From the NCBI GenBank assembly GCA_034717495.1, contig JAYELL010000025.1:25900-89899 (forward strand): a stretch of 64,000 nt of DNA, given 5' to 3'. Below are positions 1 to 9,251 of this stretch, in pieces (position 1 is the stretch's first letter; every line of letters starts with the position of its first letter). A program made the translations under genes and the position numbers. This DNA is from Chloroflexota bacterium. GTDB taxonomy: Bacteria; Chloroflexota; Anaerolineae; JAAEKA01. The notes below the pieces were generated by a model. It made no database searches and was not told the origin of the DNA. It was given only the letters and a program-made list of their open reading frames with translations.

Positions 1-1104
1 GCGTGGTTGCACCGCAGTCCCATGGCCCGCAGCGGCAAGCAGAAGGCCCGCAAACAACGGCTGGATGAGCTCCAGAAAATACATCATGATGGCGGGCAGG
101 GACGAGTGTCAATGATTCTCGCCAGCCGACGTCTGGGGAAAAAGGTGCTTTCGGCCCGAGGTCTGAAAAAATCCTATGGCGACCACACTGTGATCAACGG
201 ACTGGACTTTGAGTTGGAACCGGGCGACCGGATCGGGATCATCGGGCCCAACGGCGCTGGAAAGAGCACCTTCCTGGACATTCTGGCCGGTACTCGCAAA
301 CCGGACAGCGGTGAGCTGGATTGGGGAAAGACAGTCCAGCTGGGCTACTACGACCAGCGCAATCTAGACCTGGACGAATCCATGCGTGTCATCGACTTTG
401 TCCAGGAACAGGCGTCGCTTATCCTCACGGACAACGGACAGCGGGTGGAGGCAGCGCAAATGCTGGAGTGGTTTCTCTTTCCCAGGCCACAGCAGTGGGC
501 AAGAATCGCTGCTCTGAGTGGTGGGGAACGGCGCCGGCTATACCTGCTTCGAACACTGATTCACCAACCAAATGTCCTGTTGCTGGACGAGCCGAGCAAT
601 GATCTTGACATCCAGACCTTGACCGTTTTGGAGGAATTCCTGGATCACTTCAAGGGTTGTCTGATCGTCGCAAGCCATGACCGCTACTTCCTGGATCGAA
701 CAGTGGACTATCTGGTCAACTTCGAAGCAGGCGGGAGGGTCAGCGGGCGCTACCCGACCCCCTTCAGCCTCTACCGCCAGATGCGAGAAGAAAATATCCG
801 GCAAACCCAGGAAAGGGCCCACGGCCGTGCGTCCGGATCAGTATCTACGACAAGAGATGCAAGGGCGCACACTGGCGCACCCCGACCTCAAAAACTGAGC
901 TGGAAAGAAGAACGAGAGTTGGAAGCGCTCGAGGTCAGTATCGAGGAAATGGAAGGGGAAAAAGAAACGCTCCAGTCCCAGATCAATGCCAGTGGCGACG
1001 ATTACGCTCGCCTGCAGACACTGGCTGAGCGTTTGCAGGAAATCGATGCCAAACTGGACCGTGCCATGGAGCGCTGGCTGGAGCTGTCCGAATTGACAGC
1101 GTAA
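1..1104 (+). CDS. ABC-F family ATPase (energy-dependent translational throttle / Uup-like), C-terminal part; 5' end truncated by window edge
   Basis: Second ABC domain motifs (GPNGAGKST Walker A, LSGGERRRLYLL signature, LLLDEPSNDLD Walker B, ASHDRYFL) followed by a charged coiled-coil C-terminal extension typical of ABC-F; ORF open to base 1. Confidence 0.8.
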   Translation, partial: AWLHRSPMARSGKQKARKQRLDELQKIHHDGGQGRVSMILASRRLGKKVLSARGLKKSYGDHTVINGLDFELEPGDRIGIIGPNGAGKSTFLDILAGTRKPDSGELDWGKTVQLGYYDQRNLDLDESMRVIDFVQEQASLILTDNGQRVEAAQMLEWFLFPRPQQWARIAALSGGERRRLYLLRTLIHQPNVLLLDEPSNDLDIQTLTVLEEFLDHFKGCLIVASHDRYFLDRTVDYLVNFEAGGRVSGRYPTPFSLYRQMREENIRQTQERAHGRASGSVSTTRDARAHTGAPRPQKLSWKEERELEALEVSIEEMEGEKETLQSQINASGDDYARLQTLAERLQEIDAKLDRAMERWLELSELTA

Positions 1105-1158
1105 GTATAGGACAGCTACAGGCTGGTGGTCCAACCACGGAACATACGTTCTTTTGAT

Positions 1159-1187
1159 TTGACAGAAACCGCATCCTGCGCTATACT
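1159..1187 (+). promoter_or_regulatory. sigma70-type promoter TTGACA-N17-TATACT upstream of ssb
   Basis: Read directly: ttgaca(1159-1164), 17-nt spacer, tatact(1182-1187); ~220-nt leader before ssb. Confidence 0.5.
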
Positions 1188-1415
1188 TCTGGCAACGATA
1201 CAGTCGCAGCGGTCTGCACCATTCACGCACGAAAACCTGGGAAGACACGCACGAAAAAGGCCGTTGCGGATCCCCTCTTTGGGCGGTTTCCGCAACTCTT
1301 CACTGCCCACCTGCTACGCTTCCCCGGTAACCTGTTGCATTTCGGTCATTCCGCCACACTGGCGATTCCCTGATATTCTGTATTTCCCGGCATTGCTTGG
1401 GACAAGGAGGCACCT

Positions 1416-1823
1416 GTGGTATACAGCAAAACAACGATCGTAGGACACTTGGGGCGCGATCCCGAATTGAGGTACACGCCCAGCGGCGCAGCCGTTTGCA
1501 GCTTCACCGTTGCTACCAACCGCCGATGGACCGGACAGGACGGTGAGCAACAGGAAAAGACCACGTGGTTCCGGGTGACCGCCTGGCGCAAGCTGGCCGA
1601 ACTGTGCAACCAGTATCTGTCCAAGGGCCGGCTGGTGCTTGTCGAGGGCGACATCGAGGCTTCTGCCTGGACCTCGCAGGATGGCGAGGCGCGCGCAAGC
1701 CTGGAACTGACGGCCCGAAACGTCCGGTTCCTCGGCGGGCGTGACATGGTAGGCCAGGTTCCCGGTCAAATGGCCGGTGATCAGGAGGCGCCCACCATAG
1801 ACGAAGAAGAGATCCCCTTCTAA
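1416..1823 (+). CDS. ssb: single-stranded DNA-binding protein
   Basis: OB-fold SSB sequence (TIVGHLGRDPELRYTPSGAAVCSFTVATN...TTWFRVTAW) with acidic C-terminal tail DEEEIPF; GTG start 5 nt after AAGGAGG. Confidence 0.9.
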   Translation: MVYSKTTIVGHLGRDPELRYTPSGAAVCSFTVATNRRWTGQDGEQQEKTTWFRVTAWRKLAELCNQYLSKGRLVLVEGDIEASAWTSQDGEARASLELTARNVRFLGGRDMVGQVPGQMAGDQEAPTIDEEEIPF

Positions 1824-2056
1824 AACGACACCAGGTTTACCTCCTGGCTGACGTACACAAGGTCGGATTATCATTGCCTCTTTGGTCGCCAATGTTCGAT
1901 CATCGGAACATGGATGCTGATCGTTGGCATTGATGAATTTTGGCATTGTTGTGAAAACGCCTTGTTTTTGCTTGACGGCGCGCGCCAGTTGTGGTAATAT
2001 CGAGACATAACATTGGAAGAATGTCACCGTTTACCTGTCGGGGCAGGAGTACACTT

Positions 2057-2902
2057 ATGAACTGTAACATGCGCCGTTTGGCCGTCATCCTCGCGCTGCT
2101 TCTCATCATCGCTTCATTGCTTGCGGCGTGCCAGCGGGATCGACCGGAGGTGGAGGAGGAAGGATGGACGGTTTCCCCTCTGCCGGAAACGACCAATACA
2201 CCGATCGTCGAAAAAGGAACACCGTTGCCGGAAACGGTCGTAACAACAGTGTCCGTCGACGGCAGTCAGCCGGTGGTTGAGCCTGTGACAGGTCTCGAAT
2301 CCGAGATCACGCCGGTGGTCAACACCCCCATCCCTCTGCCAACCAATACGCCCGTGGGCGCGGTTGGTACTATCATCGATAGTGGGCCAACATTCGAGTA
2401 TCTGGTGCAGGGAGGGGATACGCTTTTCTCCATTGCCCTGGCCCAGGACACAGATATCGAGACCATTCGCCGACTCAACAACTTAGCAGATCACACAATT
2501 CACAGCGGCCAGGTTCTGATTGTGCCCGGGTTGGGTAACTCAGGCGATTCCTCAGGGCAGGCCGGTGCGGGGGCTGAGGTCTTCGTCTACACTGTGGCTT
2601 CCGGAGACACATTGAGTAGCATCGCCGAGCAGTTCGCCGTGGATTGGCGAGATGTTGCATCCGCCAACGACATTGGCGGTCCTAATTTCACGATCTTCCG
2701 TGGACAGAACCTGGAGATCCCGGGTGTTGTGCCGACAGCAATCCCGCGATCTGCCTTGAACCTCCACGTGGTGCTGCCCGGAGAATCCTTGTACGCCATC
2801 GCTATTCAATATGGCGTCACATTGCAGGATCTGATGGCGGCCAACCAGATCACTAATCCTGACTTGATCCAGCGAGGCCAGGAGATCATCATCCCTGATT
2901 GA
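2057..2902 (+). CDS. LysM-domain lipoprotein (3 LysM repeats; peptidoglycan-binding)
   Basis: Signal peptide with lipobox LLAAC; three LysM motifs (YLVQGGDTLFSIA, YTVASGDTLSSIA, HVVLPGESLYAIA); Thr/Pro-rich linker. Confidence 0.8.
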   Translation: MNCNMRRLAVILALLLIIASLLAACQRDRPEVEEEGWTVSPLPETTNTPIVEKGTPLPETVVTTVSVDGSQPVVEPVTGLESEITPVVNTPIPLPTNTPVGAVGTIIDSGPTFEYLVQGGDTLFSIALAQDTDIETIRRLNNLADHTIHSGQVLIVPGLGNSGDSSGQAGAGAEVFVYTVASGDTLSSIAEQFAVDWRDVASANDIGGPNFTIFRGQNLEIPGVVPTAIPRSALNLHVVLPGESLYAIAIQYGVTLQDLMAANQITNPDLIQRGQEIIIPD

Positions 2903-3121
2903 TGCGGGTCCGGCAGGCAGGTTCGAAACCTAACTGGAAAAGAGACGTCGTCGAAAGGCGGCGTTCTTTTTTCGTTGCATGGATTTACTGACAGGAGGTT
3001 GTCAGCGCCATGCCAGCGTGCTGTCTAGAATGGGATGCGCAAGTGTGGTATCATATGGGTAATGATGCGGTTGGCACCAGGCCTGCTGCAGAGCTAAGCT
3101 AATCGAAAGGGAAAGGTAATC

Positions 3122-4207
3122 ATGGGTTCGTTAATAACGGTAATCACGGCTGCTGTTCTGTTGGGAGGTCTGTTGGCCGTTCTCATAGCGGTAGTTGGCA
3201 GCCGAAATGGGAACATGAACCTGGGAGCGGCCATTATCGCCGGCATCCTCGTGGCGGTGCTTGTCTTTGGCCTGGCTGCGATTTTGGACTCTTTCACTCA
3301 GGTGGAAGCAGGATCGGTGGCAGTGGTCAAACAATTCGGTGAGGTTGTGGATGTCTTCAAGCCCGGGTTGAACTGGAAACTCCCCTTTATCCAGGATACG
3401 GTCACCTACCGTACCCAGGAGATCATCTACGAAACCAGTGAAGATCCGAGTTCGTCAAGAGCCGACTACACCGATTATGAGGTTGACACGGCCACTTCTG
3501 ACGGACAGCAGATCCTCGCCAGGTACACGGTGCGCTTCCGCATTGACCCGAATCAGGCTGCCCAGATCATCCGGAACCTGGGTACCGAATCCGAGCTGGT
3601 TGAGAAGGTGATCAAGGCTGACAGCCGCGTCCGAGTCCGCAACATTCTCAAACAATACCCCGCAAGGGACCTGTACTCTGGCAATGTCGAGCGTGCAGAA
3701 GAGGCCATCGGCGAGCGGCTGAAGGGAAATTTCGCCGCGGAGGGCATCGAGCTTGTGTTTTTCGGCCTACGGTCCATTCAGTTCACAGACGAATATAAGA
3801 ACGCGGTCGAACTGAAGCAGATCGAGGCTGAGAACATTGTAACCAAGGAGAACCTGGCCAAACAGGCCGAGTTCGAGAAGGATCGAACCATCACCCAAGC
3901 CCAGGGTGAGGCAGAACGCCAAAAGCTGGAGCGAATCGGTATTGCCCAGGGTGAAGCCGAGTCGATCAAGGTCAAGGCTGAGGCCGATGCCGGGGCCACG
4001 CTTATCAAAGCCCAGGCCCAGGCGGAAGCCAATCGTCTCATTGCCGAAAGCCTGACTGGGGAGGTGATAAACTGGCAGGCGATCCTGGGCTGGAACGGGC
4101 AATTCCCCCTGGTCACAGGTGGCGGCGACTATATCCTTCCAGGCGATCTATTCAATCTTTCGACACCGTTGGCTCTGCCAACACCCCTGCCACCTCCGGT
4201 CCAGTAG
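3122..4207 (+). CDS. SPFH/band-7 (prohibitin/HflC-like) membrane protein with coiled-coil C-terminus
   Basis: Two N-terminal TM helices, SPFH core (AVVKQFGEVVDVFKPGLNWKLPFIQDTVTY...), Ala/Glu-rich coiled coil. Confidence 0.8.
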   Translation: MGSLITVITAAVLLGGLLAVLIAVVGSRNGNMNLGAAIIAGILVAVLVFGLAAILDSFTQVEAGSVAVVKQFGEVVDVFKPGLNWKLPFIQDTVTYRTQEIIYETSEDPSSSRADYTDYEVDTATSDGQQILARYTVRFRIDPNQAAQIIRNLGTESELVEKVIKADSRVRVRNILKQYPARDLYSGNVERAEEAIGERLKGNFAAEGIELVFFGLRSIQFTDEYKNAVELKQIEAENIVTKENLAKQAEFEKDRTITQAQGEAERQKLERIGIAQGEAESIKVKAEADAGATLIKAQAQAEANRLIAESLTGEVINWQAILGWNGQFPLVTGGGDYILPGDLFNLSTPLALPTPLPPPVQ

Positions 4208-4297
4208 GCAACGGGATCAACCCGGGACCTGGAAAACCAATAGCCCCAAGTGCCTGACTGAGCACTCGGGGCTATTTTGCCGTCAAGGGAATTTGAC

Positions 4298-4942
4298 TTA
4301 TGCTGCGATAGCCACTGAGCTACCGTTGCTGCTGCCGATGCCTATTAACAGAAGGTCGATTACCTGCTCCAGGCGGTCACCCAGCTCAAAGTTGAAATCC
4401 TCCTGGCACCAGAGCACAAGTTGTTGGTAATACAAGCCCTCCAGCATTTGAGCGACCAATTCCGGGTCGATCGCTGGATGGAATTCACCGGTGCGTTGTC
4501 CCCGGCTGATGAGGATGGCTACCAGGCCCTGAAAGCTGAAGCGTCCACTTCCTGTTGAGGGCGCCAAATGCGCAATCTTCATCGCCTTGTTAACAGCCAA
4601 TTTGACCAGGTCCTTGTCCTCTTCCAGGCTGTCGGCCAATGCCCGCATGAGGAACTTGAGCGCAGCTACCATGCTGCGTTCCTGTGAAAGCGAGGCTCCT
4701 GAGCCATTAGCCAGGGCCGCGCCCAGTCGCGACATATGTCGTTCCCCGATGTAAAGCAGGACATCTTCCTTCGAGGGGAAATAGTTGAAGAATGTGCCTT
4801 TGGCCACGCCGGCTGCCTGGGTGATATCCTCTACCCGTGTTTCCTCAAAGCCTTGACGACGGAAAAGATCCATCGCCACACTATACAGCATCTCTTTGCG
4901 CTGTCGCTTTTTTGTCTGTCGTTTACCAAGGGGCTTGTTCAT
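4298..4942 (-). CDS. TetR/AcrR family transcriptional regulator
   Basis: N-terminal TetR HTH (ITQAAGVAKGTFFNYFPSKEDVL). Confidence 0.85.
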   Translation of the reverse strand: MNKPLGKRQTKKRQRKEMLYSVAMDLFRRQGFEETRVEDITQAAGVAKGTFFNYFPSKEDVLLYIGERHMSRLGAALANGSGASLSQERSMVAALKFLMRALADSLEEDKDLVKLAVNKAMKIAHLAPSTGSGRFSFQGLVAILISRGQRTGEFHPAIDPELVAQMLEGLYYQQLVLWCQEDFNFELGDRLEQVIDLLLIGIGSSNGSSVAIAA

Positions 4943-4987
4943 GGTACGCTGCCATCATCCCTATGAAAAACCAGTTCAATAACTAAT

Positions 4988-5006
4988 GTTAACCGAATAT
5001 GTTAAC
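4988..5006. promoter_or_regulatory. candidate TetR operator: GTTAAC-N7-GTTAAC inverted repeat
   Basis: gttaaccgaatatgttaac lies ~45 bp upstream of the TetR start codon; each half-site is itself palindromic. Confidence 0.35.
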
Positions 5007-5290
5007 CAACTTGCTATCCAAATAGACGCAAGCAGGGTAAAAAGGACGCGCTCGTTTGAAAAACCGCCCGCAATCGGGTTGAGGCATCAACAATCCGCCA
5101 CGCAATCCACGGTCAATGGACCCACGGGCTACAGTGCGATGTGGCGGACGTTGCTGATCGATTGGGATATGGAGCCACTGGGGTATGGTGGAATCAGCGA
5201 TTGGTAGTGGCTCAACCCCAGTATAGCACAGAGAGGAATGGCAGGCAAGAGTGAATTTTGGTGATTCGTCAAAAAACGAAGCTGTGCATG

Positions 5291-5330
5291 AAAAACGAGA
5301 GTGTCCCATTGACACTCTCGTCGTTTTGGA
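5291..5330. terminator. bidirectional intrinsic terminator downstream of sodA
   Basis: 11-bp perfect stem ACGAGAGTGTC/GACACTCTCGT with 5-nt loop, flanked by AAAAA (5') and TTTT (3'). Confidence 0.7.
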
Positions 5331-5385
5331 TTTCTATTTTGTGGTCAGGAATCGCGCCTGACAGGCAAAACCATGGCTCTTGCTC

Positions 5386-5997
5386 TTACCCGCGAGCAGC
5401 GGCGTATTTCCCTGTAACCGCGTCCCAGTTGACGACGTTCCACCAGGAGCTCACGTAATCAGGACGGCGATTCTGGTAGTTCAGGTAGTAAGCATGTTCC
5501 CATACATCGATGCCCAGAATAGGGATGTCTCCCTGCATGAAGGGGCTATCCTGGTTGGGCGTGCTGTATGCGTCCAGGCTACCATCGGGCTTGACAACCA
5601 GCCAGGCCCAACCGCTACCAAAGCGGGTGCCAGCAGCAGCACTGAACCTGGCCTGGAATTCGGCGAAACTGCCGAAGGCGTCATCGATGGCAGCAGCCAA
5701 TTGGCCACTGGGAGCGCCACCAGCATTGGGGCCCATAATTTCCCAGAAGAGGCTATGGTTCACATACCCACCGCCGTTGTTGCGCACTGCGGTGCGGATA
5801 TCCTCGGGAAGGTCGTCCAGCTGCGCCAGCAACGAGGGGACGGGCAGATTCTCGAATTTGCTGCCCTCGATAGCGGCATTCAACTTGTTGGTATAGCCGG
5901 CGTGATGCTTGTCGTGGTGAATCTCCATGGTCCTGGCGTCGATGTAAGGCTCCAGGGCATCGAAAGCATAGGGAAGCGCGGGAAGTTCGTGTGCCAT
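5386..5997 (-). CDS. sodA: Fe/Mn superoxide dismutase
   Basis: [15 protein letters not shown] motifs; full-length 203 aa. Confidence 0.95.
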   Translation of the reverse strand: MAHELPALPYAFDALEPYIDARTMEIHHDKHHAGYTNKLNAAIEGSKFENLPVPSLLAQLDDLPEDIRTAVRNNGGGYVNHSLFWEIMGPNAGGAPSGQLAAAIDDAFGSFAEFQARFSAAAGTRFGSGWAWLVVKPDGSLDAYSTPNQDSPFMQGDIPILGIDVWEHAYYLNYQNRRPDYVSSWWNVVNWDAVTGKYAAARG

Positions 5998-6144
5998 TTT
6001 GACAGCTCCTTGTTTGTCTTAACTAATGGTTTCCAATTGATGCTGCCCTCAATTATACCAGGTTTTGCTAAGTTGTCAAACTTAAGATAGTTTATAAACT
6101 TTTATGTTTGCAAACTATCATAGATTCACTGGGATCGAGGCGTG

Positions 6145-7545
6145 TTACAGTTCGAAACTCTGGCCGCGTTCAGGAAACTCGATGTCGCGATAACCCTCTT
6201 TATAGAGCATGCCGCTCAGGGCATAGCCAGCATCTTGCTCGCCGTGAACCAGGAAGATATTCTGAAGCCGATCCTTGTCTATGTTACTCACCCACGCTAT
6301 CAGTTCATCGCTATCGGCATGGGCGCTGTACCCATCGATCTTCTCCACTTTGGCGCGGACATCGTATTCCTCGCCGAAGATACGCACTCGCGGATGGCCG
6401 TCAAGGATACGGCGCCCCAGGGTATGCTCTGCCTGGAAACCGGAGAAAAGTATGGTGTTATCCGCATCCTCTATGTTGTTTTTCAGATGGTGGAGAATCC
6501 GACCTGCTTCACACATGCCAGAGGCACTGATGATAACGGCTGAATCGCGCAGGAAGTTGAGTTTTTTCGAGTCTCCCACATGGCGTACATAGGTTAATTG
6601 CTCAAAACCGAACGGGTCCCGATGGCGATCGTTCAGCATAAACTCCTGGATCTTCGGGTTGTAATATTCGGGATGGAGCCGGAAGGTCTCGGTGACATTG
6701 ACTGCCAGAGGGCTATCCACGTAGATATCGATTTTTGGAATCTTCTGGGTATCGGAAAGCAGGTGGAGGGCAAAAACCAATTGTTGTGTGCGCCCCACGG
6801 CAAATGCAGGCACAATGACCTTGCCCCGCCGTTTGTAGGTCTTTGAGATCACCCGCCTGAGAATGGCCATTGCCTCACTCTTACTCTCATGCTGACGATT
6901 GCCATAGGTCGATTCCATGATCAGGAAGTCGGCTTCGTTGATGATCTGAGGTTCTCTCAGGATAATAGACTTTGGCCGTCCTAAGTCACCGGAAAAGACC
7001 AGCCGTCGCGTGGTTCCGTTTTCGGTGATATCGAGTACCGTGATGGCGGATCCCAGTATGTGTCCGGCGTCGAGAAAATGGGCAGTCACTCCTGGAACGA
7101 CAGGAAACTGGCGCTCATAACCGAGTGAAAAAAAACTTTTCAGGGAATTTAAGGCGTCCTGGCGCGTATAGAGCGGCTCGACGGGCGGTTCGCCTTTTCG
7201 GGCGCGTTTGCGGTTCACATACTCGATGTCCTTTTCCTGGATGTAGCCACTATCCAGGAGCATAGATGCGCAGAGGTCCCGCGTTGCAGAGGTGCACCAG
7301 ACCGGGCCTGTGTAGCCTAACTTGATCAGATTTGGCAGATTGCCTGAATGGTCAATGTGGGCATGAGAAAGGATGACGGCATCAATAGATTCTGGTTCGA
7401 AGGGAAAGTTCAAGTTTCTTTCGTAGGTAAGACTTCGTCGACCCTGGAACAGGCCGCAATCGAGAAGAATACGCTGGCCGTTGACCTCCAGCAAGTGCAT
7501 GGAGCCGGTGACTGTTCGGGCTGCGCCCCAAAAAGTAAGTTGCAT
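6145..7545 (-). CDS. MBL-fold beta-CASP family ribonuclease (RNA-metabolising metallo-beta-lactamase)
   Basis: HAHIDHSG (HxHxDH) motif, beta-CASP and C-terminal RMMBL-like regions; likely start MQLTFWG at 7545 (the longer ORF to 7665 overlaps rnd). Confidence 0.75.
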   Translation of the reverse strand: MQLTFWGAARTVTGSMHLLEVNGQRILLDCGLFQGRRSLTYERNLNFPFEPESIDAVILSHAHIDHSGNLPNLIKLGYTGPVWCTSATRDLCASMLLDSGYIQEKDIEYVNRKRARKGEPPVEPLYTRQDALNSLKSFFSLGYERQFPVVPGVTAHFLDAGHILGSAITVLDITENGTTRRLVFSGDLGRPKSIILREPQIINEADFLIMESTYGNRQHESKSEAMAILRRVISKTYKRRGKVIVPAFAVGRTQQLVFALHLLSDTQKIPKIDIYVDSPLAVNVTETFRLHPEYYNPKIQEFMLNDRHRDPFGFEQLTYVRHVGDSKKLNFLRDSAVIISASGMCEAGRILHHLKNNIEDADNTILFSGFQAEHTLGRRILDGHPRVRIFGEEYDVRAKVEKIDGYSAHADSDELIAWVSNIDKDRLQNIFLVHGEQDAGYALSGMLYKEGYRDIEFPERGQSFEL

Positions 7546-7579
7546 GAGTACCCTTCCAGAAACGAATCTTTGTCTTCGA

Positions 7580-8755
7580 TTACGCAGAGGCGATGATGTC
7601 AAGAATTTCAGCGCCATATTCCTGGAGCTTCCACGGGCCCAGGATTTCGGAATTTGCCAACTCATCCATCGTCGCGGGGCAGAGGCGTGCGATTGTCATG
7701 AGCGTATCGTTGGTAAAAACGATATCGGAATCCACCCCTCGTTGTTGGGCCCGTTTCTTGCGCCAGCCCCGCAACGCCTCGTAACGGCTCAACGCTTCAG
7801 GAGTTGGGCGATCTTTGTTGTTTGTGCGGCGACGAGGTTGCTCCGGAAAAGGGGCCCTTTGGCCTCGCTCTACCGCTTGCACGATACCCTTGCCGTGCCT
7901 TCGCAGCTGCTGCGCACTGAGGCCATGCGTATCCCGAAGCTGATTCATGTTGGCGGGTTGATTCTGGCTAATAGTCAGCAGAACCCGTTGGTTCAGCACT
8001 TTGAATGGGGGACGATCCAGCTGCTGCGCCCGCTGTTCGCGGTAGAGGAATACCTCTTTCAAAATCGCTCGCTCTCGATGAGAAAGCTCTCTTGCGCCAT
8101 TGATCTTCCAGAAGGCATCGGGGTTGAAGGGTTTTTCGGACCATTCCAGGCCAGGTAGGCGCTCAAAGGTTTCCAGAGCCTCCTCCCAACGACCTATTGC
8201 CCGAAGTTCCTGTTCCTGCTCATTGCGAAGGGATAATAAGTAATGGGTATCCAACTGGGCATAGGCCAGAAGGTCTGCCGGAATCGGGCGGCGACCCCAA
8301 TTGGCGCGCTGCAACCGCTTGTTGGTCTTGATGCCGTAGCGCTCTTGCAGGATTGCTGCCAGGCTTGCTCGAGGCCATCCCAGGATTCGCGCTGCCATCA
8401 TGGTATCAAAGATATTGGCGAACTCGAAATCGAAGTCTCGCTTCAATCCCAGGATGTCGTTTTCGGCGGCATGAAATATCTTTTGGTACTGAGGAGAGCT
8501 GAACAGCTCATTCAGTGGCAGTATATCGACCGCCAGTGGGTCTATCAGATAGTCCGCACCTGGGAAAGAGACCTGGATAAGGCAGATTTGATGGTAATAA
8601 GCGTACAAGCTGTTGGATTCGGTGTCCACGCTCAAGATGGGCGCACGCCTGGCAACAGCCATAAAGGAGTGCAGGTCATTTTCGTTTGTCACCAGGATGG
8701 GCGTGCCGAGGGTGTCCCGGTGATCCCCAGTGCGTTTGACGCCAGTCTTACTCAT
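7580..8755 (-). CDS. rnd: ribonuclease D (DEDDy 3'-5' exonuclease + HRDC domain)
   Basis: Exo motif ILSVDTESNSLYAY, YAQLDTHYLL, C-terminal HRDC-like region. Confidence 0.8.
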   Translation of the reverse strand: MSKTGVKRTGDHRDTLGTPILVTNENDLHSFMAVARRAPILSVDTESNSLYAYYHQICLIQVSFPGADYLIDPLAVDILPLNELFSSPQYQKIFHAAENDILGLKRDFDFEFANIFDTMMAARILGWPRASLAAILQERYGIKTNKRLQRANWGRRPIPADLLAYAQLDTHYLLSLRNEQEQELRAIGRWEEALETFERLPGLEWSEKPFNPDAFWKINGARELSHRERAILKEVFLYREQRAQQLDRPPFKVLNQRVLLTISQNQPANMNQLRDTHGLSAQQLRRHGKGIVQAVERGQRAPFPEQPRRRTNNKDRPTPEALSRYEALRGWRKKRAQQRGVDSDIVFTNDTLMTIARLCPATMDELANSEILGPWKLQEYGAEILDIIASA

Positions 8756-8951
8756 GGGCGAGGCAATGTTGTAGTTCGCTGAACCGAATGCGGACAGAAT
8801 TGTATCTTCGACGCAGCCCCATCTGCGAACGTGAAGTAATGAGTCATTCCGCTGGAAGTCAGCACATAGTTCGTGATGACAATGGGGATAATCGGAAGAA
8901 CACGGCTATTATGCCTGTGATTTTCGGAGATGTCAATTAGTCGTTCCCTCG

Positions 8952-8981
8952 TTTGACTCCTGTGTGGGTCTTGCGCTATAA
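8952..8981 (+). promoter_or_regulatory. sigma70-type promoter TTGACT-N18-TATAAT ~270 nt upstream of hppA
   Basis: Read directly: ttgact(8952-8957), 18-nt spacer, tataat(8976-8981). Confidence 0.5.
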
Positions 8982-9251
8982 TCCGCAAGCTGTTCGGGCG
9001 TCACCAGGTGGCGCTCATGGCTCATGAGTGATGTCGATTCTGGTTTATTTCATAGCGTTATTCACTACGCCTCAAGGAGCCTCTGACTTGCGTCCCAAAG
9101 CAGCGGCTTCTTTTTGTTTAACAACTGTCCATTTTCCTGTTTTGCCAATTACCTTTATCGACTGGTGATGGCAATAGCAGGATTCGCCGGCGTATCCAGC
9201 CAAATGAGCTGGACGCTATAATCTCTTTCAGGGAGGTATGAAGCAAGTCCT

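Noticed and set aside
2905-2935. tRNA-like T-loop sequence aGGTTCGAAaCCt
   Set aside because: No matching T-stem, acceptor stem or anticodon arm can be drawn. It is an isolated 3-bp hairpin.
7546-7665. Longer N-terminal extension of the beta-CASP RNase ORF
   Set aside because: It would overlap rnd by 86 nt. The conserved protein begins at MQTFWG-type motif (MQLTFWG).
8752-8988. 78-aa ORF upstream of rnd
   Set aside because: No SD, no recognisable domain. It overlaps the hppA promoter region.
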